Origin: Lama glama
Taxonomy: Eukaryota
Direction of reading: 5' to 3'
Length of the DNA: 64,000 bases
NCBI GenBank assembly: GCA_028534125.1
Contig: CM052816.1
Location: 27,468,001 to 27,532,000, forward strand
Below the pieces are notes generated by a model. It was not told the DNA's origin and ran no database searches. It was given only the letters and a program-made list of their open reading frames with translations. The position numbers were made by a program, and so were the translations under genes. Numbering within the stretch: position 1 is the stretch's first letter; the number at the start of each line of letters is the position of its first letter. Shown in pieces: positions 53,951 through 64,000 of this stretch.

Positions 53951-56900
53951 AGCTATTGTTCTAAGAAAATCCCAGTTCATTTACTTTCTTTTTTTATCAG
54001 TCCTCTCAATGCACAGCCCTCCAAAGAAAAAGGCAAAATGAATGCAACTCATCAAAGACTAGTGAGAAAGAGACTGTCCTCCTCCAAAACTCTAAGGATA
54101 CATTAGCTTCCTTTTAAATCCAGATGCCAGTTTGAGCAGGAAAAAAGAGTAAAAATCTTGAAAGTAAAAATTAACACTTGTAATAAATTAGAATTTTAAG
54201 AGAATAATTTATATATAACTGGCAAGTGCAATTATTTTTCTGCCATCAGCAAAAACAGGGGTTCCAAGGCAGGATGAGATCAGTTTTAGAAAATAAAGAA
54301 ACCACATTTTGTTGCAGATTTGAATCTTGGTGTATATTTTTCAACCCCTCCTCTCATTGCACGACACATTCCTAAGTGTCAGCAGTCATTCCTAACGCAG
54401 AATTCTCTAGGGAGAGCCTAGTACCTCAGGGTGATGCAGATGCCTCCAACCTCCCAGAGTCAGAGCTGGAACCCTAGGGTTGCTCCCCTCTCTGAGCAAC
54501 TGATGCTGCTGCGTTGTGCACAAGAATCTCCTGGAACAAGTAAACACACATAGTGATGCTTTGTTGAATCATTTCACCTTCTCACACTTTCTCTCACATA
54601 GGGGAAGGCAAGAGAATTAGATCCTTATTCTAACTCTTCTTCAAATGTGAAAAACATACATGAAAGGGAGACACAAGGAAAAGTTTGTTATGTCTTTCAT
54701 TCCATTCCCTTAGTCTTATAAATAGCTCTATATAGAATATTTATGAAAATAACAGAATTCATACTTAAATTTTAAGCTTTTAATTGGTTCTAATAGTCAC
54801 ATATGGCAGAAATCCTGATGCAATCTGAGTCAAAAGTTGGTCATTAATCAAAAAATCAGTTCCTGTGCTTATTTATGAAAAATTATACACATCTTTAACT
54901 TTTTATTTCAACCTAAAAATACACATTTATTCACCAATGTGCAAAAGAATGCACATTTATTCACAATCTTTTTATGTACAGCCAATAGATTAAATGATTA
55001 AACATATGCTGTTTTTTTTAAATAAACCACTTCATCATGCATTATCTATAATCTCTAATTTTTTATTTCTTTAAGGTGGATTGAGATTTTGAAGTTACTT
55101 GTAAAGCAATGTGAGTATAAAATCCTTCTAGAGTAAAATGAATCTCCCCTCTCCCAGTTTTCTACACTAATGGTCTACATTTAATTCAACAGCAATTTTT
55201 AGTGGCATCTCTATCAAATCTTTTAACTTAATTTTCATAGAAACAACTACTTTCCCCCTTTTCACTCATATTTCATTAAATTTATATAATAATTTATATA
55301 TTTGAAATTACAAGTACAACTGACACAAACAGGTTTAGGAACAACCACAACTGACTATTACATGGGTAAACATACCTCCACTGGTAGGAGCTCAGCTGAC
55401 TGGAGAAAAACCTGATGACTGTCTACATTCAGCAAACTGTGGGCACTGATCAGTGTGCTTTATGGAGAGGAATGGAAAACACTGGTTACTATGGCAAGAT
55501 GGTGAAATAGTCATAAGTTAATAGAGCTTCTATTCTATTCATAGCAAATTCATGGTATATTACAGGAACTTTTTTTTTTATACAGTGCCCACCAGCAACA
55601 TCCTTTATCACCAAAGTCAACCTGGTTTTCATTTATTTGCTTTGTAGTGTTCAGCACAGGCACTCTCTATATAATCCTATTGTGATTTTTTATTGTCTTT
55701 ATATCTATTTCTCACCTAGTCTTCTAGCTTTGAAACACTGCATCAGTTCTGTTTCTTTTATGTACATAGGGAACTCTTAGCCGCATTTTCTTTTTATCTC
55801 CATCCTGCTTTTCTGGGACTATTCCTTATGTTCCTGTCACTATTTGTTCCACTTTTTATCTATTCCCTGAATCAGTTCTATTACCATCTTCTAAACTTAA
55901 GCAGTTTTTCATCATGTTTAACAATCAGTAAAGGCACCTATCAGTTAGAGTGAGGGCTGCCTAATGGTAGAGCTGGGTCCTCCAGGTTCTCTGCTGGGCT
56001 ATATTTTAACCTTTTAGTTGCTGGATCATGGGGAGATCCAGGTGGCCTATGCAGGCAGAACACAGTCAAGAGGCTTAGAACAGCTGCTATTCACCTACAA
56101 GTGTTTTAATATTTTAGCAAATAAGGCTAAATCTGTGTTTACTGACTGAATATAAGCCAACAAACTACAGAATTTTCTCTTAATTCTAAGGCATTTTCAT
56201 TGTGTGTATATGCAAACTTGCAAATGCATATGCACACTAACATTAACTCTCAAAAGTTGTTTCCATTGCCAAGTTATAATATCAGGAGTTGTGAAAAAAA
56301 TCAATATGGCTATTTTAACAGAGATAAATAATTACTTTTAGACTTCCTATTATATAAATCAAGTATTAACAATTCTACCCCCAAACTGGTAGTAACTGGA
56401 AAATATTCTTACTTCTGATGGAAAACTTTATTTAGACTTCAAATGGTCTTATTTGTTTCCATTAGTAGCCTGAATCTAGTTTAATCATCAATACATTCTA
56501 AATTCAGTGATAAAAATTAAAAGCAAAAAAAAAAAAAAAAGTAAAGAGAGCCTTAAAATATCTCTCTGCTTCAGCAGAGATTAGCTGACCATACTAAAGA
56601 AATAAAAGTACTTTTTAGTATGAAATACCACTTCTGGTCATGTTTCACTTTAACTAGAAATATTAAGTTCATGATAATCATCAATCATTTCTGGAAATTT
56701 TTATTCTCTTCATTTAAAACTGTGTTAGTTCTCAAGTATTTCTAGATAAACTGACATTCTCTCATGATCTGTTTCAAAAGAATCTAGTAGAGGAGTGGAG
56801 GGGTAGGGGCTATAAATGAAATGAGACAGGCCATGTTTGGTAACTGTTGAAACTGGTGGGTACCTGGAGGCTTATTATACTATTCTATCTTTATGTATGT

Positions 56901-57484
56901 TTGAAATTTTCCATAATAAACAGCATGTTTTTTCTTCTGTTTTCTGCTTTTAACTTCAGATATAATTATACTTAGGCTTCTAATTCATTTTTTTAATGGG
57001 GAAAAAAAAAGATCACTGGGAAAGTATGTATCCAAATAAAACAAAATCAGTCTTAAAGTAATGAGCCCTTTCCCACAACCATTCCAGCCATCATTCGTCA
57101 TTTACTCCTGGGAGTCTTTTTTTTATGGCATTTAGAGACATGATCTTGGGCTCATCATCACAGAGTTAACAAAATTTAGAGTATTCCTATCTATTAATTC
57201 ATTTAAAATATTAATTGAACACTTTCTATGTACCAGGAGCAGTGTGGTAGGTTATCTGTGGTGACTGAATACATATATTCCTTCCTTTCAAAATTTTGGT
57301 GAGGAACACAGACAGTTTTCAAATCTGTGCTGGATTTAAGCTATTTTCTTCTTTAGGGGAATGAAGTGTATAGCATGCCTCATTAAAATTTTGCTGAAGT
57401 TTTGCTTTCTGAAAAGAGAGATACTTTCTCTTCATAAGAGATTAATAGGAGTAACACATTTTTATATCCCAAATATTTTTTAAA

Positions 57485-58920
57485 AATTTTTATATTGAAG
57501 TATAGTTCATTTACAGTATTATATTAGTTTCAGGTGTACAACATAGTGATACAATATTTTTATAGATTATACTCCACTTAAAGTTATTATAAAACAATGG
57601 TTGTATTTCCCTTTGCTATATACTATATCCTTGTTGCTTATTTATTTTGTACATGGTGGTTTGTATCTTTTAATCCTCTACCCTATCTTGCCCCTCTCCC
57701 TTCCCTCTCACCACTGGTACCCACTAGTTTGTTGTCTATATCTGTAAGTAGGCTTCTATTTTGTTATATTAATTTTTTTCAGATTCTATATATAAGTGAT
57801 ATACAGTATTTGTCTTTCTCTGTCTGACTTATTTCACTAAGCATAATACTCTCTAGGTCCACTCACATTTCTGCAAATGGCAGACTTCCATTTTTTTTAT
57901 GGCCGAATAATATTCAATTATATATATGTACCCCCTCCTTATCCATTCATCTCTGTTGATGGACACTAAAGTTGCTTTCATATCTTGGCAACTGTAAATA
58001 ATGCTGCTATAAACACTGGGGTACATGCATCTTTTCAAATTAGTGTTTTCATTTTCTTGGAATTGAAATTCCAAGGAGAGGAATTGCTAGATTATATGGT
58101 AGTTCTATTTTTAGTTTCTTGAGGAATCTCCATATTGTTTTCCATAGTAGCTGTACCAGATTACATTCCCACCAGCAATGTATGAGGGTTCCCTTTTCTC
58201 CACATCCTTGCCAACATTTGCTATTTGTAGACTTTTTGATGATAGCCATCATGACAGGAATGAAGTGGTATCTCATTGTGGTTTTGATTTGCATTTCTGA
58301 TGATTAGTGATTTGAGTATCTTTTCATGTGCCTGTTGGCCATCTTACATTTTCTTTGGAAATATGTCTATTCAGGTCTTCTGCCCATTTTTTTAATTGTT
58401 TTTTTTAATATTGAGTTGTATGAGCTGCTTATATATTCTGCATATTAACTCCTTATCAGTCATAACATTGGCAAATATTTTCTCCCATTCAGTAGGTTGT
58501 GTTTTCATTTTGTTTTTGATTTCCTTTGCTGTGCAAAGCTTTTAAGTTTTATTAGGTCCATTTATTTTTGCTTTTGTTTCTTTTGCCTCAGGAGACTGAT
58601 TCAAAAAAATATTACTATGATTTATGTCACAGAGTATTCTATGTTCTCCTCTAGGAGTTTTAAGGTTTCAGGTACTATATTTAGGTCTTTAATTCACTTT
58701 GAGTTTATTTTTGTATGTGTTGTGAGAAAATGTTCTAATCTTGTTCTTTTACATGTAGCTTTCCAGTTTTCCCAGCACCACTCACTGAAAGACTGTCTTT
58801 TCTCCATTGTATATTCTTGCTTCCTTTGCTGTAGATTAATTCACTGTAAGTTTGCAGGTTTATTTCTGGGCTCTCTGTTCTGTTCTATCAATCTGTGTAT
58901 CTGTTTTTTGCCAGCAACAT
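57485..58920 (-). mobile_element. 5'-truncated L1 (ORF2 C-terminus and 3'UTR), moderately young
   Basis: ORF 58049-58294(-) [33 protein letters not shown] is the L1 ORF2 cysteine-rich C-terminus. A near-TSD aatattttt(t)aaa lies at ~57472 and 58927. Confidence 0.92.
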
Positions 58921-59145
58921 AGTCTGAATATTTTTAAATTTATTGATTTCTATAAATAGCTTATCATCACAGTGGGAAAGATGAATAAGATAAATGAATT
59001 AAGTTTTGGAATTGACCTCATTTCTAACACATTAAGAAGGTAAAAATATTAATTATAGAATGCTACAGTGAAAAAAATATTTTCAACTGGATGGGAGGCT
59101 ACTGTCAGGTCTGGGATTTGATTTTGTTCTACTTACAGATAAGCC

Positions 59146-59435
59146 TGTTACTGGTACTGGGTGCTGGCTGAAGATGCAGACTCCTGGATCAGAAACACAG
59201 AACTCTATTACTCATGGCACAGCAAGCAGTATGAGTATCAGCATATTCACATCAGTTCTCCGGTCCCCAAGTCCCACCAACATGACCCAATATGCTCAGA
59301 TGGATTTAATACATACAGTGGGTTTGCATCACAGCTAAAGAACACTGAACTTGGTGGAATCTACTGCTTTTAAAAAAAACAGTAAGCAAGCCTGTTCTTT
59401 GTCTGGGGAAACACAGTTACCTCTTCTTGCAGAAG
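59146..59435. mobile_element. Probable ERVL-type LTR fragment (MER76-like)
   Basis: Starts tgttactgg; actctattactcatggcacagcaagcagtatgag..tccccaagtcccac. The family name is tentative. Confidence 0.4.
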
Positions 59436-61429
59436 AGATTGAAAGTCTGTCTTAGACTAGAAACTAGGTTAGGTGACATCTGCAGTCACTCTCAACTCTG
59501 ATATGCTAAGCTCTCTGATCGAAAACTGTGTTTTTCTGTTGAAGTTATCAGGCAGAAAAGTTCCTAATTCAATCACAGGTTTTAAACAGGTATAGTGATA
59601 CAATTTTTCAGTAGTAAATTTCACATAATTTCCCATTCTGAGGCCCCTCCATTCTACCTGATGCAAAAATTTAAAGTAAAATTCAGTGACTTCATTGCTA
59701 TTTAGGTTTCAACACTCAATCACACTGGGCTGCTCCCTTTCCCTGGGGCTTACATAAATGCTGCTACTATATGAATGAGCGTTGGAGAGGAGAAGAATAT
59801 TTCTTTTCTCATCTGTTCCACACCTCACTCCTGTCATGTACAAACAGGTCAGATGCAGGATTCCCTTGGATTGATGGTGAATTCATAAGAAAAAGAGAAG
59901 TGCAGGCCAGGTAACAAATAAAAGTTACCCTACCATACAAGGCTAATCAAATATTGCTTGATGATCAAGGTACTAGGGTGAGGGAGGGAAGTGAGAACTC
60001 CGACTCTTGTAAAGTTAAGAGTCACTTCTCTTCAGATTTCTTTCCTCATATAGGAAGCCCAGCTTGGAGTACATGTATGAAGTACATGTATGAAACATAT
60101 CATGTTTCATACCGAAGCAGATGTAGAAAATGAATAAGCTCCTGAACATTACTCACAGTGACCAGGAGAGGGCACCGAGCACAAATGAATGAAATCATTC
60201 TGCCAACACCGGCAGAGTCAAAAAAGATTCCTTTTTGACTCTACCATCTTGTATTTTACAAATCAATTTATTCTGTGTGTCTACTGCAAACTCCTTTTGA
60301 TCTAAGGACAACTGTGGTTACACATTCCTTTTGACAGTCCCAAGCTACATAATATCCCAGGTGACTGAGCTACTCATTTCCCATCCAGGACACAAGAACA
60401 AGTCCATATGAATACAAAATCATTTCCGAGGGAATAATTTATTTTTGTAGACAGTTTTTCAAAATGAACACTTCAGAGGAATTAAAATGCATTTAAGCAA
60501 TCTTGCAGAAGAGGGAAAACACTTTTACTAAAACTTTCTTGTAAGGGAAAGATTTCTGATATGTTCTTTTCCCTCTATTTCTTACAAATAAATGTGGTTT
60601 GGTTCAGACTGTGATCTCAAATAATTCACATCTGAATACTAAACCAAGGGAAAAAATATTATTCCATCACACACACACACACAAAATGGGACACTATGTA
60701 TCTTAGGGGAAAAAAACAAACTTGGATTCTATGCATTTCCTTTTAGGCCTAGTACAGACATAAACAACAATAAATTGGCCAACCATGTCCTTAAGGCATA
60801 TAATTTTCTTTCTTCCCAAAGCAGACACTCCCTGGGAAAATACAAATAACTTCTAATTTCAAAGCCCTTCAACACAAAAACAAAGTAGGCCACCTTGACC
60901 AGAGCACAAAAGAATCTTTTTCAAGAGGACTTGAATGAGTTCCTCATTATCCAAGGAAAAAGTACATACCAAAATTTTTACTACTTTGTTTTGTTTCATT
61001 TTCAAATACTTTTTATAGACATGGGAAAAAATATTGATGAATCAGTTTTTTCCAAAACAAAACCATTATGTCCTTTAATTTTAGCCTGAAAATGGCTCCT
61101 CATCACAAGTATTTTAGAAATAATAACACTGTGGCAGACAGTAGCTGGGAGACTTGCTCAGGGACACACAATGTTTCCAAATTTAGGGGAGTAATATTTC
61201 CACTCAAAAGGCATTGATTTTTATACTATAAAGTCACCTACAAGTTCCAAACTGTTTCTGTCCTACTAGATATAAAAATGGTCTACAATCCAAAGAAATG
61301 GTGGTTTAATTTACATTTAGTAACTGTAACAAGCTTTAGTTTGGGAACCTAATTCTCTTAGATTCAAAGGAAGCACATTTTTTTCTTGGTTGACAATTTA
61401 CTTTCCATATTATTAATAATAGTGAACAA

Positions 61430-61600
61430 AATCATTTTTGAATGACTGCTATGTGCCATTATCCTCTCAACTATCTTCTAAGATAGTTTTTATTACCCCT
61501 TTTTACAAAATAAAAGGCTGAGGGAGCTCAGAGATGTAAAGTAACTATCCCTAAATACGAAGCAGAGACAGAATTGGCACTGTGTCTGACTCCTACCCTG
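61430..61600 (-). mobile_element. MIR SINE
   Basis: tttttgaatgactgctatgtgcc..attaccccttttttacaaaataaaaggctgag..ctcagagatgtaaagtaact. Confidence 0.65.
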
Positions 61601-63010
61601 TACTGCCTCCAACATGCCTCACTTCTCCTTAATCACATAAATTATTTTACCAAATTGAAACACAAATGTCACTTTCTGTTAATAGCAACAGTCACTACTT
61701 TCCTTATTTTCTATTTTTCACTTTTGGGCAGAAAGGTGGTGTTATAAAGTTAGTTAATTTTTTATTGCATCTGGTAAGAATCCAGAAAGTATTATGAATT
61801 CTTACTATAAAAAGTACACCTGGATTATTAGGCTGAGTACCCAATACTATATACATTTTCTAAGAGATCTTGTTATTAACCAATATTAAGGCAATTTGTC
61901 TACTTATTTATTTCATTTTAGTCCCAGAAAAATCTTGTTGTTAGACACACTTAACGATCTAATAATAATCAAGTTCTTAAAATAATAATATATAGTTACC
62001 TGTGAAAAGATACAGATTTCAGGAGGTTTAAGTAAGTTCTCTTAGAAATCTGTTCATGTGTTTACACTCAGAGGCCTACACTATTTTTTTGGTTACTTTC
62101 ATGAACTTAACCAAGTTCACACTAGGTGCTATACCATGCTTTAGAAAATCTAGGGCTTATTTTTAAAAGATTAGGTACATAAAATCTCAGAAGTGTGTAC
62201 AATCTTCTTGAATAGTTGCCATCTTCCTGAGAGCCATCAGTATCAAAACAACAGGCAAGGTTTTCCATGTGGTCACTGGCTGCCTGAGCCATTCCTTGGC
62301 AGGAGTGCTCAAGACCAGCTAAGCCTCAGGGAAAATACCCAGCAGATTGACAGACGACAGATTTCTGGGAGCTCCAAGCCATCTCAGACTAATCCCTGCC
62401 TCTGGTTCCATCCCTCTCCCATGGGTTGTAGCAGCGAGACCCCAGCCTGATCTATGTTTGAAAGAGTCTGTGTCAGGGGCTGCACTGTGGGTCCGAGTGC
62501 TTGCATGTCTTAGCAGATGTAGGAGCCAGCCTTTCCTGTGTGTCTCTCTACCTCCTTGTGGACCTAGATGAAGCCCACGGGCTGCTTAATTGCTGGGAAT
62601 GGTGGGATCTTGCATTCTCTCTGACCACTCAGTCCATTTGTTCTTTTAAATGAGCTATTTCAGTGGCTTAGGGGAGGGAATTCACCACATTAAGTCCTGC
62701 TGTACCTCTGCCTCACCCCAGCTCTATCGTCTACACTGGGGTTGCCCCCGGGGTGGGAAAGAGAGCTGGCTACGAGGACAAATTTCCAAGTCACCTTAGT
62801 GGCAGGGCTCTCTTTGTCTTCTCATCCTCCTTCCATCCTGGCCTGCTCACTTCTGAGGTCTCTGACCTCTGAAGTCCCAACCACCCTGCCAGTCTTCATC
62901 CTTTCTGTCAGTCAGCATGGTAGAGCTGTCCAACCTCTGCTTCTGCACTTACTGCCTGTGTGACATTGGCAATGACTTCACCTCTCTGAATCATTTATGC
63001 AATATACAAA

Positions 63011-63148
63011 TGACATGTGACACTGTGCAAGTTTAAGGTGTACAGCATATGAAATCAACATGTTGTACACCTTAAACTTGCACAATGTTACTTGTCAATT
63101 ATTTCCCAATAAAAATAATAACTAAATAAATAATAAAAAAAATAAAAC
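63011..63148 (+). mobile_element. Tiny L1 3' end (L1MA-like) with an inverted duplicate at its 5' side, inside a MIR remnant
   Basis: atgttgtacaccttaaacttgcacaatgttacttgtcaattatttcccaataaa plus an A-rich tail. The inverted copy is at 63011-63048. Confidence 0.75.
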
Positions 63149-63449
63149 AACGTCTAACTCTGAGGAAGCAATTTGAAAGGCACTGATAAATTGCTGGACT
63201 GTGAGGGGCACAAGGTAGAACTGTTAAGATGTTATCTTTGAGAATCTTCTCAAGAAAGCAACATAACATAGTTGTTGAAATGGGAACTTTTGTTATCTAG
63301 AAAAGAAAGGAAAGTGGGATCCCACTCTCACTTTTTACACCAAAAAGACTTCCATATTTTAAAATACAGCTCTAGAAATGATCTAAGAACTGAAAATAAG
63401 ATTCTGCCTAGAATAATAGTACTGTAAAAAAATGAGGATACTGGTAACA

Positions 63450-64000
63450 CAGAAGAAAATAAAGCTTATTTCATTAATCTATAATTAACTACCATAAATC
63501 AAATTGAAAGGACTAACAACTCAGGAGATAAAGGTTATAAACACTTAACACGACTGGAAATACAAATTACTTTTAGACTTATGAAAAGACGTTCAAAATC
63601 ATTCATAATAGAAGAAATTCAAATTAAACCTATAAGAAAAATTACCATTTCTATTCATCAGATTGATTAAGATCAAAATGCTTGACTACACCCTGAGTTG
63701 AGTAGGATACTACAAGAAAATAGGTGCTTTCATATACTGCTGACAGGAGTGAAAATCTTCCTCTTGGCAGGAGGAAGTCATCCTTTTGGAAGGCAATTTG
63801 ACAGTGACTAACAAATTAAAAACACACATACCCTTTTATTCAAAAACCCTCTTTTCAGTACTATATCCTGCATATATATTCAAATATAAGCAAAAAGCTA
63901 TCTATACAAGGATACTCATTGCAGCATTTTTTAAATAAAAGCAAAATATTGGAAAGAACTTTAAGATGAGTAAGTTAAGGATCGTTACACAAATAAAGCT
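63450..64000 (+). mobile_element. Old L1 (L1ME-like) ORF2 3' region, runs off the window
   Basis: attcataatagaagaaattcaaattaaa; catatactgctgacaggagtgaaaa; tatacaaggatactcattgcagcatt. Confidence 0.75.

Noticed and set aside
33400..64000. LOX exons or CpG island, expected on this side by synteny
   Set aside because: No lysyl oxidase coding sequence or CpG island is visible; it probably lies beyond the window.

Overview
Mammalian genomic DNA, AT-rich, CpG-depleted and repeat-rich. It is most likely a camelid, judged from a Vic-1-type SINE and camelid-style L1 3' ends. The only well-supported gene is ZNF474 on the minus strand, with one coding exon (CDS 10562->9510, 350 aa) carrying four C-x2-C-x11-H-x3-C zinc fingers in two repeated modules. 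I infer an upstream exon 1 ending at 33143, a ~22.4 kb intron, a promoter with RFX X-box and forkhead motifs near 33.33-33.38 kb, and a poly(A) signal at 8992-8997. The rest is intronic or intergenic sequence with L1, L2, MIR, MaLR/ERV LTRs and DNA transposons. By recalled human synteny the right end points toward LOX and the left end toward ZNF475; neither coding sequence is visible here. I found no evidence for a wholly new biological system. The best leads are: an in-frame splice donor just before the ZNF474 stop plus downstream exon-like segments, possibly relics of a longer ancestral ZNF474-ZNF475 gene; a spliced uORF and uORF-rich 5'UTR; a TSD-flanked chimeric L1 insertion; and an L1-derived fold-back hairpin of pre-miRNA size. 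Repeat family names and boundaries were recognised by eye and are approximate.
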